From: an uncultured bacterium
GTDB taxonomy: Bacteria > Krumholzibacteriota > Krumholzibacteriia > Krumholzibacteriales > Krumholzibacteriaceae
DNA length: 64,000 nucleotides
NCBI GenBank assembly: GCA_963813815.1
Contig: CAWFAD010000007.1
Location: 288,001 to 352,000, forward strand
Direction of reading: 5' to 3'
Shown one piece after another: positions 41,983 through 51,366 of this stretch. The position numbers were made by a program, and so were the translations under genes. Numbering within the stretch: the first letter of the stretch is position 1; every line of letters begins with the position of its first letter. The notes under the pieces are model-generated. The model saw nothing but the letters and a program-made list of their open reading frames with translations. It was not told the origin of the DNA and ran no database searches.

Positions 41983-43161
41983 ATGAAGAGAATCGTCGCA
42001 TATGCGCTCGCCGCGATCGCCCTCGCGATCGGGCCTTCCTGCAGCTCGGATCCCGAAGGGCCCGTCGCGGAGCAGTTTCTCGACGACGGGACCTACGGCG
42101 TCAAGGCGGGGGAGACGAGCCGGATCGTCATCCCCGCGCAGGGAACGACCGTGAACGTGCCGCTCGGCGTCGGAACCTCGAGGCTCCTCACCCTCGGCAC
42201 GATGCGCGACGTCGAATACCGGGCCATCCTGCTCAAGTTCGATTTCACCCGCTCCGCCGGGGATTCGGCCAAGACCGTCGCCTCCGCGCGCCTCCGTCTG
42301 CCCGTTCAGGCGGTTTCCCCCGAGAACGCCTTCGTGCTCGTCTCCTTTCACGAGCTGCTGGAGGACTTCGACGACGCGGACACGATCACCGCGGTGCCGG
42401 CGTACCGGCTCGAGGCGATTCCCGATTCCCTCGGCATCACGGTGCGCCAGCTCGATCTCATGACGGTCGAGTTCGGACTCGACACGGCCGCGGTCAACGC
42501 GTGGCTCTCCGGCCGCCGTCCGCTCCCGGGCATCGCGGTCGTCTGGGCGGAGCCCCCCGACACGAACAGCACGATCGAGATGAACGCCCGAGAGCGCGGC
42601 ACCGATCCCTGCGCGATCCGCGTGAGCTACTCGGACACCACGACGGGGGTCTTCGGCGCGAAGGCGGATTACACGGTCGCCGTTTTCCGGGAGCCGGGCC
42701 TCAACTGCATCGGCGGCCTCGCTCGGCGCATCCATTTCACCTTCGATCTCGCCGGGATCCCCGAGCGCGCGATGGTGCACGCCTCGTTTCTCGTGCTGAA
42801 GACTCGCGGGGACCTCGGCTTCGGCGCGACGGCCGGTGATCTCGGGCTCGGGCTCACGTATATCTTTTCCCATTACCTGTACGCGCCGAACTCCGGTGAC
42901 ACCCTGTCCGCCGACTTTCTCGAGGGCACCGGCGTCGACCAGGGGACGGTCGATCCGGTCGTCTCGCAGGTCGTCAGGATGCCGCTTCGCGGCTTCATTC
43001 CGGACGTGCTCGCCGGGCTTCGCGTGAACCGGGGGCTCGTTCTCCAATCCAATCTCGAGGAGACGAGGATACAGCGGCTCTCGTTCGCCACGTCCGGCGA
43101 GGAAGCGCCGTACATAGAGATATACTACACGCTGCCGGCAGATTTCGGAGGGACGCCATGA
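41983..43161 (+). CDS. Hypothetical lipoprotein
   Basis: Signal peptide ending in PSC; AAGGAG upstream. Confidence 0.65.
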   Translation: MKRIVAYALAAIALAIGPSCSSDPEGPVAEQFLDDGTYGVKAGETSRIVIPAQGTTVNVPLGVGTSRLLTLGTMRDVEYRAILLKFDFTRSAGDSAKTVASARLRLPVQAVSPENAFVLVSFHELLEDFDDADTITAVPAYRLEAIPDSLGITVRQLDLMTVEFGLDTAAVNAWLSGRRPLPGIAVVWAEPPDTNSTIEMNARERGTDPCAIRVSYSDTTTGVFGAKADYTVAVFREPGLNCIGGLARRIHFTFDLAGIPERAMVHASFLVLKTRGDLGFGATAGDLGLGLTYIFSHYLYAPNSGDTLSADFLEGTGVDQGTVDPVVSQVVRMPLRGFIPDVLAGLRVNRGLVLQSNLEETRIQRLSFATSGEEAPYIEIYYTLPADFGGTP

Positions 43162-44363
43162 AAGCGAAGCTCGTCGCGTTCCTCGCCGCCGCCGTGTGGC
43201 TCGCCGCCGCGGCGCCGGCGCGCTCCCAATCGATCTTCAGCATCAATTTTCTCGGCGAGCACCGATCGACCGGCAGCGCCCGGTTCCGCGCGCTCGCCCT
43301 TTCGTCGTACGCCGTCCGGGATTCCGCGTACGCGATAGCCGCCAACGACGCAGCCATAGCGGACATACGGAGCGTCACCTTTTCGCTCTTCGAGTCGTTC
43401 GCGTCGAGCAGCGTGCGAAGCGGCTCCTCCTCGGCCGATATCAACCGTTTCCAGCTCCCGACCGTCATGCTCGGGGTGCCTTTCGGGAAGGGGCTCGTCG
43501 GTGCCGTCGGATACCGCGAGGGGTTCGAAGGGAGAGGCGAGTTTTCCTACCCGCGCGAGGTCGAGGGGGATATTTCCTGCATCGAGCGGTACAAACACCG
43601 CTCATCGCTCTTCACCGTGCCGTTCGTGGGCGCGTGGAAGGCCGCCCCGTGGGCGAACGTCGCCGCCTCGTTCAATCTCGAGCGCGGATCGACGAGCGAC
43701 GTCTCGACGATACTCTTCTACGAAGAGGATTTCGATAATGTGGAATCGAGGCGGGACCGGAGCTACGCGGGCACGTCCTGGTCCGCCTCCGTGCTCATCG
43801 AGCCCCACTCTCGGGTGAGCCTCGGCGCCGGATGGAACAGCGAGATCGACTACGACGTCTCCGAGTCGTTCAGCTACACGGACGAGGCGATCGACTCCTC
43901 GGCGGCGTGGGAATTTCGTCTGCCGATGTCCTGGGGGGCCGGAGCCGCGGTCGGGCTCACCGGCCGGTGGTGGCTTTCCTCGTACTACTGGCAGCGGGAG
44001 GCGCCCGACCCCGCCGGGTATCCTCAGCTCGAGGGATCCATCGGGGATGAGCGGCTCCTGTCCTTCGGCATCGAACGGCGCCGGTCGAACGACGGCGGAT
44101 TTTTCGCGCGCATGCCGCTCCGCGCCGGATACTACGAGGACCGCTGGCATTTCGAATACCCGGCAGGACGTCCGGTCCGCTCGCGATTCTTCACGCTCGG
44201 CAGCGGTTTCGGTCTTCCCGGGGGGCCCGGGGCGATCGATTTCTCGCTCGAGTTCGGCCAGATCGGCTCGATCGACGACAACGGCGTCGACGAGCGCGTG
44301 CTGCGTTTTTCCATGAGCGTCAGCGCCTCCGAGACCTGGTCGAGGCGCGCGAACGAACGCTGA
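43158..44363 (+). CDS. Putative outer-membrane beta-barrel protein (FadL/PorV-like)
   Basis: Signal peptide; SARFRAL plug-like segment; amphipathic beta strands, LRAGY, SETW near the C-terminus. Confidence 0.6.
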   Translation: MKAKLVAFLAAAVWLAAAAPARSQSIFSINFLGEHRSTGSARFRALALSSYAVRDSAYAIAANDAAIADIRSVTFSLFESFASSSVRSGSSSADINRFQLPTVMLGVPFGKGLVGAVGYREGFEGRGEFSYPREVEGDISCIERYKHRSSLFTVPFVGAWKAAPWANVAASFNLERGSTSDVSTILFYEEDFDNVESRRDRSYAGTSWSASVLIEPHSRVSLGAGWNSEIDYDVSESFSYTDEAIDSSAAWEFRLPMSWGAGAAVGLTGRWWLSSYYWQREAPDPAGYPQLEGSIGDERLLSFGIERRRSNDGGFFARMPLRAGYYEDRWHFEYPAGRPVRSRFFTLGSGFGLPGGPGAIDFSLEFGQIGSIDDNGVDERVLRFSMSVSASETWSRRANER

Positions 44364-44389
44364 GAGCTTCCGGCCGTCGGGTTCACGCA

Positions 44390-45067
44390 ATGTTCCGCAT
44401 GCCTTTCACTATGCTGCTTCTCGCCTCCGTCGCGGCGGCCTCCGGCTCCGCCGGCGAGGATCCGAAGAGCGCCCCTCCTCTCGCGGTCGAGCTCGAGGGT
44501 CTCGCCCCGGAGGCGCGCATCGCCTATCTCCGGCACCTCGTTTCATCCGGGCGCGAGGACTCCGAGGTGCGCTTTCAGCTCGGCGTCGCCTTCCAGGACC
44601 GCGGCGAGGCGGATTCGGCGCTGCGTCATTACCGGCGCTCGCTGGATCTCGATCCGGGGCTCTCGAAGGCGTACGTCAACATGGGCGTTCTCTGGGACGG
44701 GCTGCGCCGGCCCCTCGAGGCGATCGCCATGTTCGAGAAGGCGATCGAGATCCGCCCGGACGATCCCCTCGCGCGATCCTACGCGGCCTCGGCGTTGCTC
44801 GGGCTCGGGCGGCACGAAGAGGCGTGGAAGCATCTCGACCGCGCGCTCGCGATCGATTCCCGGAATCCCGAGCCGCATCACTACCTCGCCGTCTTTTTCT
44901 GGGAGTGCGGCATGTTCCGCGAGGCCCTCGCGGAGTGGGAGCGTGTGATCGAGCTCGTTCCGGAGAGCCCGCTCGCCCGGCAGGCGGAGGCGAATATCGC
45001 GCTCGCCGAGCGCTTGCTCGCCGGGACCGGGGTGGGAGGCGAGCCGGTCCCCGAGGGGGGGCGCTGA
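44390..45067 (+). CDS. TPR repeat protein
   Basis: LG...A...Y..AL...P repeats. Confidence 0.8.
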   Translation: MFRMPFTMLLLASVAAASGSAGEDPKSAPPLAVELEGLAPEARIAYLRHLVSSGREDSEVRFQLGVAFQDRGEADSALRHYRRSLDLDPGLSKAYVNMGVLWDGLRRPLEAIAMFEKAIEIRPDDPLARSYAASALLGLGRHEEAWKHLDRALAIDSRNPEPHHYLAVFFWECGMFREALAEWERVIELVPESPLARQAEANIALAERLLAGTGVGGEPVPEGGR

Positions 45068-45170
45068 ACTCCAAACTTGACACGGCGGGCGCAGCTGTCC
45101 ACATTATATATGGTGAGTAGCGAGAATCGGCCGAACCGGAACCATCGGTGACACGCCAAGAAAGGATCCT

Positions 45171-46325
45171 ATGATCAGGAGAACATGCGCTCTCGTATCG
45201 GTGATCGCGCTCGGGGCAATCCTCGGGTGCGCGAGCGGCGGCGGGCAGGACGCGGCAGTCGTCGGCGAAACCGGCAATATCGTCAAGGACGGGCGGGGGT
45301 TCGACAAGGAACTCGGCCCCGCCGAGATCGCCTATCAGTCCGCGCAGCAGTTCCTCGCCGGCGGCAACTATACCGACGCCATCGGCCAGCTCCGGACCGC
45401 CGTCAGCATCAAGCCGAACTATATGGAGGCGTGGAGCGATCTCGGCAACACGCTCGCGAAGACGAAGGATTTCACCGGAAGCACGGCCGCGTATGAGAAG
45501 GCGCTCGCCCTCAAGCCCGACAACGGTCCGATCATCCAGGCGATCGCCTATAACTACCTCAACCTCGAGGACTACAACAAGGCCGAGCAGTACTACCTGA
45601 TGATTCTCGAGAAGGATTCCTCGAGCTACGACGGCAACGTCCACCTCGGATTCATCTATCAGAAGAAGGCGAACAACGAGCGCGCCATCGAGCATTACGA
45701 AAAGGCGCTCCTCGCGCAGCCGAACGACGCGACGACGCTCGGCACGCTCGCGGGTCTCTACGACAAAATGGGCAACGAGGACCGCAAGATCGAGTATCTG
45801 AAGCGCGCCTCCGAGGCGGCTCCGGATGTCTATAAATACAAAACGCAGCTCGGCTCGGCCTACATGAGGCGGCGCGATTTCGCGAACGCGCTCCCCGTGT
45901 TCGAGGACCTCACCCGGACCTATCCCGATCAGGCCGCCTACTGGCAGAACTACGGTCTCATTCTCTCGCAGATGCCGGAACGCAAGAAAGAGGCCCCCGG
46001 AGCCCTCGAGAAGGCGCTCGAGCTCAAGGGGGACGACCCCTACATCTGCGGCATCCTCGCGCAGGTTCACAACGATCTCGGCGATCATCAGAAGGCGATC
46101 GCCCTCGTGAAGCGCGGACTCGAGACGAAGATGGGACAGGAGCCGCTCCTCTACTACCAGTGGGGCGCCGCGCTCTCGAAGCTCGGGGCGTACGACGAGG
46201 CGATCGGAATGTTCGAGAAGGTCGTCGCGACGAGGGACCCGCAGTGGGCGGAATCCGCCGGCAAGCAGGTCGACCGGCAGGTCGCGCTCAAGAAGCGCGA
46301 AGAGCTCAAGAAACAGCAGCAGTAG
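45171..46325 (+). CDS. TPR repeat lipoprotein
   Basis: Lipobox ILGC; about 8 TPR repeats. Confidence 0.85.
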   Translation: MIRRTCALVSVIALGAILGCASGGGQDAAVVGETGNIVKDGRGFDKELGPAEIAYQSAQQFLAGGNYTDAIGQLRTAVSIKPNYMEAWSDLGNTLAKTKDFTGSTAAYEKALALKPDNGPIIQAIAYNYLNLEDYNKAEQYYLMILEKDSSSYDGNVHLGFIYQKKANNERAIEHYEKALLAQPNDATTLGTLAGLYDKMGNEDRKIEYLKRASEAAPDVYKYKTQLGSAYMRRRDFANALPVFEDLTRTYPDQAAYWQNYGLILSQMPERKKEAPGALEKALELKGDDPYICGILAQVHNDLGDHQKAIALVKRGLETKMGQEPLLYYQWGAALSKLGAYDEAIGMFEKVVATRDPQWAESAGKQVDRQVALKKREELKKQQQ

Positions 46326-46367
46326 CGCCGCGCGGCGCAGGGCGCGCGTCCTGAGGTACGGTGAACG

Positions 46368-46399
46368 GAGCCTCCCCGTCGCACGGGGAGGCTCTTTTT
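46368..46399 (+). terminator. Rho-independent terminator
   Basis: GAGCCTCCCCGT-CGC-ACGGGGAGGCTC-TTTTT. Confidence 0.85.
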
Positions 46400-46439
46400 C
46401 AGGGTCGCCGCGGGGATAGATCTCCTGTATAGTATCGGC

Positions 46440-47624
46440 ATGACTCCACGAACCGAAAGCGGACGGCGAACCTACTTCGATCACAACGCGACGACGAGCG
46501 TGCGCCGCGAGGTCGTCGAGGCGATGCTTCCCTTCTTCAGCGAGCGGTTCGGAAACGCTTCGAGCGTCCATTTCTTCGGGCAGGAGAACCGCGAGGCGGT
46601 CGACGCGTCGCGCTCCCGGGTCGCCGCGCTTCTCGGCGCGGAGCCCGAAGAGATCATTTTCACCTCGGGCGGCACCGAATCCGACAACCTCGCGATCCGG
46701 GGAGCCGCGAGGGCGCGGCGCCGCCTATCGGGGGCGGACCGCATCGTCACCTCCACGATCGAGCATCCCGCGGTCATCAAGACGTGCCAGGATCTCGAGC
46801 GGAACGAGGGGTTTCGCGTCGCCTACGTGCCGTGCGACTCGAGCGGCGTCGTCCGGATCGATCTGCTCGAGGGGGCGATCGAGCCCGGAACCGCGCTCGT
46901 GACGATCATGCTGGGGAACAACGAAACGGGCGTCGTGCAGCCGCTCCGCGAGATCGCGGCGCTCACACGTCCGCGAGGGATAGCGCTCCATACCGACGCC
47001 GTGCAGGGGGCCGGAAAGATCCCGATCGACGTGGGCGCTCTCGGCGTCGATCTCCTTTCGATCTCGGCGCACAAGTTTTACGGGCCGAAGGGGATCGGCG
47101 CCCTCTACGTGAGGCGCGGCACGGCGATCGAAGCGGTTTCGACGGGGGGAAGTCACGAGTGCGGTCTGCGGCCGGGCACGGAAAACATCCCCGGCATCGT
47201 CGGCCTCGGCGAGGCCGCGCGGATATCGAAGCGGGACCTGCCGCGCGAGATGGCGCACATCGGCTCTCTCCGGGACCGTCTCGAGAGCGCGGTGCTCGAG
47301 CGCGTCCCCGACGTCGCGATCGCCGGCGCGTCCGCCCCGCGCGTTCCGAACACGAGCAGCATGATCGTGAGACGCGTCGAGGGAGAGGCCCTGACGCTCA
47401 ACCTCAGCATGCGAGGATTCGCGATATCGAGCGGCAGCGCCTGCGCGAGCGGGGCGAGCGAGCCGAGCCACGTTCTCCTCGCGCTCGGGTTCGACGGAGC
47501 CGCCTCGCAGGGCGGCATCCGCATCAGCCTCGGTTACGCCAATACCGAGGAGGAGATCGACGCATTCCTCGAGATCTTTCCGCGGGTCGTCGACCGGTTG
47601 CGGGAGCTCTCGCCGCTCAGGTAG
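46440..47624 (+). CDS. iscS: Cysteine desulfurase (IscS/NifS family)
   Basis: DHNATT, FTSGGTESDN, SAHKFYGPKG, SSGSAC. Confidence 0.92.
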   Translation: MTPRTESGRRTYFDHNATTSVRREVVEAMLPFFSERFGNASSVHFFGQENREAVDASRSRVAALLGAEPEEIIFTSGGTESDNLAIRGAARARRRLSGADRIVTSTIEHPAVIKTCQDLERNEGFRVAYVPCDSSGVVRIDLLEGAIEPGTALVTIMLGNNETGVVQPLREIAALTRPRGIALHTDAVQGAGKIPIDVGALGVDLLSISAHKFYGPKGIGALYVRRGTAIEAVSTGGSHECGLRPGTENIPGIVGLGEAARISKRDLPREMAHIGSLRDRLESAVLERVPDVAIAGASAPRVPNTSSMIVRRVEGEALTLNLSMRGFAISSGSACASGASEPSHVLLALGFDGAASQGGIRISLGYANTEEEIDAFLEIFPRVVDRLRELSPLR

Positions 47625-47668
47625 CGCGACCGCGCCGGCGGCGGTGCTTCCGCGAGGCGAGAGGAGCA

Positions 47669-48757
47669 TTGGTGCTTTCTGCGCCGAACGCGAGTGAGCG
47701 CGTCGTCGTCGGGATGAGCGGCGGCGTGGACAGCACTGCGGCGGCCTGGCTGCTCCGCGAGCGGGGATACGAGGTCATCGGCGTGACGCTCGAGCTCTCC
47801 TGCCGTTCCCGGCCACCGGGCCCGCGATCCTGCCTCGACGAGGCGACGCTCGCCCGCGCCCGCGATTTCTGCGAGCGATTCGGCCTCGCCCATCACGTCA
47901 TCGGCGTCGAGGAGCCGTTCGCCCGTTTCGTCGTGAACCGGTTCGTCGCGGCGTACCGGGCGGGCCGGACGCCCAACCCGTGCGTCGTCTGCAACGAGCT
48001 CGTCAAGTTCCCCGCGCTCGTCCGCGCCGCCGATCGGCTCGGCTGCCGCGCGGTGGCGACGGGGCATTACGCCCGGATCGTCTCCGGCGCTCGAGGTCTG
48101 CCGTACCTTGCGGCGGCGGCCGACCCCGCCAAGGATCAGTCGTATTTTCTCTACCGGATTCCCGCGGGGATCCTCCGCCGGTCGATCTTTCCGCTCGGCG
48201 GCCTCTCGAAGGAATCGGTGAAGGAAATCGCCGCGCGGTTCGGGTACGACGTCGCGTCTTCGCGGGAGAGCCAGGACGTCTGCTTCGTTCCGGACGGCGA
48301 CGTGCGGCGGTTTCTCGAGGAGCGGATCGGCGATCGGCCCGGAGACGTCGTGGACGGCGAGGGGCGCGTGATCGGTCGGCACCGGGGAGCGCACGCGTTC
48401 ACGATCGGCCAGCGAAAGGGGCTCGGCATCGCGGGAGGGGAGCCGCTCTACGTGGCGGGCATCGATGCCCCGCGCCGGCGCATCATCCTCGCCCCGCGGG
48501 AGCGCTCGTACCACGAGGGAGCGCGGTGCGGGGCGCTCCGACTTCGCCCAGGCGCGCTCGAGGGGCCGCTCGCCGCGAAGGTGCGCCATCGCCGGTCGTT
48601 CGCCGCGGTGCGCGAGGCGCGTCTCGCCGGCCGGTTCCTCGAGGTGCGGTTCGCCGAGCCGCAATGGGCGGTCACTCCCGGCCAATCGCTCGTGCTCTAT
48701 AGAAATGATGTCGTCGTCGGCGGAGGAATCATCGAGGAAGGGATCGGCGCGCGATGA
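47669..48757 (+). CDS. mnmA: tRNA 2-thiouridine synthase
   Basis: SGGVDS, TPNPCVVCN, ATGHYA, KDQSYFL, TIGQRKG, TPGQ. Confidence 0.93.
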   Translation: MVLSAPNASERVVVGMSGGVDSTAAAWLLRERGYEVIGVTLELSCRSRPPGPRSCLDEATLARARDFCERFGLAHHVIGVEEPFARFVVNRFVAAYRAGRTPNPCVVCNELVKFPALVRAADRLGCRAVATGHYARIVSGARGLPYLAAAADPAKDQSYFLYRIPAGILRRSIFPLGGLSKESVKEIAARFGYDVASSRESQDVCFVPDGDVRRFLEERIGDRPGDVVDGEGRVIGRHRGAHAFTIGQRKGLGIAGGEPLYVAGIDAPRRRIILAPRERSYHEGARCGALRLRPGALEGPLAAKVRHRRSFAAVREARLAGRFLEVRFAEPQWAVTPGQSLVLYRNDVVVGGGIIEEGIGAR

Positions 48758-49701
48758 AACGACGGGCGGCGCCGGCCGCGCTTCTCGCGCTCGCCTTCGT
48801 GCTCGCCGCCTCGGGCGCTTCCGGCCGCGAGGCGGGATGGGGGCTCGTCGACGGATACGACATCCTCCGCTCGGCGAGCGGGACGTTCATCATCCAGTAC
48901 CCGCCGCGGCTCGAGCGCATGGCGCGGGAAATCGAGACGCTCTTCGAGGAATCGGCGGGGGAAATCGCCGGCGAAATCGGTCTCGAAACGATCGCCCCGG
49001 TCCGCGTGTACCTCGCCGGCGACGACGCGACGTACCGGAGCCTTCACGAGGGGCGCATACCCGAATGGGGCGCCGCGTTCAGCGCCGTCGCCGACCGGGT
49101 GATCGGCATCCACGCGCCGCTCGCGGTCGCGGGACCGCGCTCGATGCGCGCCCTCGTCCGGCACGAACTCTCGCATCTGCTGCTCGCCGAGCGCGTCGGC
49201 GCGGTCAACCTGCCCGCATGGTTCATGGAAGGGCTCGCGATGATCCAGGCGGGGGAGTGGCGGCTCGCGGACGAGTGGAACTTCATGCTGCTCGCCGGTC
49301 GCGGGAGGGTCCCGTACCTCGAGGAGATCGCCGGGCCGTTTCCGCGGCGGGCTGAGGACGCGGCGCTCGCGTACGGCCTGAGCTACCGGGCCGTTTCGAA
49401 GCTCCTCGCGGAGAACCCGGGGAGCCTCGCCACGCTCACCGCGTTCATCCGCGACCGGGGGGATTTCGAGGACGCATTCTTCATGACCTTCGGAGAGACG
49501 CCGTACGATTTCGCCGCGCGCCTCTACGTGATCGTGCACGAGCGCTATCGCACCCCGGGGGTGATTCTCAACGCCAGTCCGTACTGGCTCGCAGCCGCCG
49601 CGCTCGTCGTCGCGGCGTACGTCGCGAGGCGGGTTCGAACTCGGCGGGCCCTCCGCGAGATGGAGGAGCGCGAAGCCCGCCTTTCGAGCTTCTCCAGTTG
49701 A
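48754..49701 (+). CDS. Peptidase MA-like metallohydrolase
   Basis: HELSH, PAWFMEGLA; signal peptide and C-terminal TM. Confidence 0.75.
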   Translation: MKRRAAPAALLALAFVLAASGASGREAGWGLVDGYDILRSASGTFIIQYPPRLERMAREIETLFEESAGEIAGEIGLETIAPVRVYLAGDDATYRSLHEGRIPEWGAAFSAVADRVIGIHAPLAVAGPRSMRALVRHELSHLLLAERVGAVNLPAWFMEGLAMIQAGEWRLADEWNFMLLAGRGRVPYLEEIAGPFPRRAEDAALAYGLSYRAVSKLLAENPGSLATLTAFIRDRGDFEDAFFMTFGETPYDFAARLYVIVHERYRTPGVILNASPYWLAAAALVVAAYVARRVRTRRALREMEEREARLSSFSS

Positions 49702-49726
49702 CACTCGCCCGTGCGGCGCATATACT
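49698..49726 (+). promoter_or_regulatory. sigma70 promoter of the tRNA cluster
   Basis: TTGACA-N17-TATACT. Confidence 0.8.
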
Positions 49727-49763
49727 GAACGCGACCTTCTTTCGACGGAAGGTTGATTTTTTT

Positions 49764-49851
49764 GGAGGGCTAGTCCTAACTGGTAAGGCAGCGGACTTGA
49801 AATCCGCCGGGCGCTGAGCCCATGGGGGTTCGAATCCCTCGCCCTCCGCCA
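49764..49851 (+). tRNA. tRNA-Ser(TGA)
   Basis: Anticodon arm GCGGA-CTTGAAA-TCCGC, long variable arm, GTTCGAATCC, GCCA end. Confidence 0.93.
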
Positions 49852-49873
49852 GAATTCGAATACTGCTGCGGGC

Positions 49874-49965
49874 GGAGAGGTGGCCGAGAGGCCGAAGGCA
49901 ATCGCCTGCTAAGCGATTGCAGGGCTAACCCCCTGCCGTGGGTTCGAATCCCACCCTCTCCGCCA
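49874..49965 (+). tRNA. tRNA-Ser(GCT)
   Basis: ATCGC-CTGCTAA-GCGAT, long variable arm, GCCA end. Confidence 0.95.
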
Positions 49966-50066
49966 TAATAGATGCGGCGCGCGCGAGCCACCGGATCGAT
50001 CGATACGTCGCGGAGCGCCGGCCCGAGGGATGAGCCGGCGCGGATGTTTCCGGCAAAGGAGGAACC

Positions 50067-50480
50067 GTGGCGAAAACGTACGTGCTGAAGAAGGTGCCGC
50101 TCGGCCCCGTCTTGAAGATCGCCTTCATCCTGTTCCTCATCATCGGGGTCATCATCGGCGTGTTCTACGCGCTCCTCATCTCGAGCTTCGGTTTTCTCGC
50201 GAGCGCCCTGAACGATCCGTCGCTCGGAAGCGAGATGGGCTTCATCCGCGGCCTCGGTTTCGTGCTCGTTCCCGTGATCGCGATCTTCTACGCGATCTTC
50301 GCGACGATTGTGGTTGCCATATGGGTTCTCGTGTACAATCTTTTAGCCTCCGTGGTCGGAGGAATCGAGCTCGTGCTCGAACCTTCCGCCGCCGCGGCGG
50401 CTCCGGCGGCGGCCGATGCGCGCGCCCCCGGCGAGGACGTCGCCCGCGCGCCGCGAGGGGATTCGATAGACGGTTTCTGA
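50067..50480 (+). CDS. DUF3566-like two-TM membrane protein
   Basis: LKKV...VLK start, YNLLASVVGGIEL; AGGAGG SD. Confidence 0.7.
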   Translation: MAKTYVLKKVPLGPVLKIAFILFLIIGVIIGVFYALLISSFGFLASALNDPSLGSEMGFIRGLGFVLVPVIAIFYAIFATIVVAIWVLVYNLLASVVGGIELVLEPSAAAAAPAAADARAPGEDVARAPRGDSIDGF

Positions 50481-50490
50481 TTGCGAAGCA

Positions 50491-50564
50491 GCGCCCATAG
50501 CTCAATTGGATAGAGCGTCTGGCTACGGACCAGAAGGTTGGGGGTTCAAGTCCTCCTGGGCGCG
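50491..50564 (+). tRNA. tRNA-Arg(ACG)
   Basis: TCTGG-CTACGGA-CCAGA; CCA not encoded. Confidence 0.93.
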
Positions 50565-50743
50565 ATTTTTTTCTTCCCGCAAACGCCAAAGCCCAATTTT
50601 TACGGAATAATAAAAAGCGCTTGACCCCCGCCTTTCCATCGATTAGGCTACATAATGTTGTGTCCGAGGGAGATGGAGCGGTGCGGCGCGGTGCGGAACT
50701 CGTTATTGCGTCATAACTTACAATTACATCGAAGGGACCGGTC

Positions 50744-51304
50744 ATGATCGAGATCAGAACCCACGGGCGGGGCGGTCAGGGAGCCGTGATCGCGTCCGAG
50801 ATTCTGGCGGATGCGTTCTTCCGCGAGAAGAAGTTCGTGCAGGCGTTCCCCGCGTTCGGCGTGGAGCGCCGCGGGGCGCCGGTCGTCTCCTTCACGCGCG
50901 TCTCCGACGGAGAGATCCGCGAGCGCTGCGAGATCTACGAGCCGGATCATCTCATCGTGCTCGATCCGGTTCTCATCGAAACGGTGAACATCACGGCCGG
51001 TCTCAAGCCGGGAGGCTGGATCGTCATCAACACGAACCGCGACATGAGCTCGAGCGAACTCTGCGAGAAATTCAAGATCGCCACCGTGGACGCGAACTCG
51101 ATCGCGCTGAGGCACGGCCTCGGCTCGCGCTCGGCCCCGATCGTCAACACGGCGATCGTGGGCGCGTTCGCCGGCGCGACGAAGCTCATCGGACTCCCGG
51201 CGGTTCTCGAGGCCATCGACGAGTTCGTGCCGGTTCGCAAGGAAAACAACATGAAGGCCGCCGAGGAGGCGTACCGCGACCTGACCATCGTCGCGAGGCG
51301 GTAG
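50744..51304 (+). CDS. 2-oxoacid:acceptor oxidoreductase gamma subunit
   Basis: EIRTHGRGGQG, FGVERRGAPV. Confidence 0.93.
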   Translation: MIEIRTHGRGGQGAVIASEILADAFFREKKFVQAFPAFGVERRGAPVVSFTRVSDGEIRERCEIYEPDHLIVLDPVLIETVNITAGLKPGGWIVINTNRDMSSSELCEKFKIATVDANSIALRHGLGSRSAPIVNTAIVGAFAGATKLIGLPAVLEAIDEFVPVRKENNMKAAEEAYRDLTIVARR

Positions 51305-51366
51305 CGCGCCCGCGCGCGGGAGCGGCGCCGCGGCGGCTTCACACGAACGGAGAGGCTGGAGGGCTC

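Noticed and set aside
49764..49851. Possible tRNA-Sec
   Set aside because: Anticodon is TGA (reads UCA), not TCA; the acceptor stem is 7 bp
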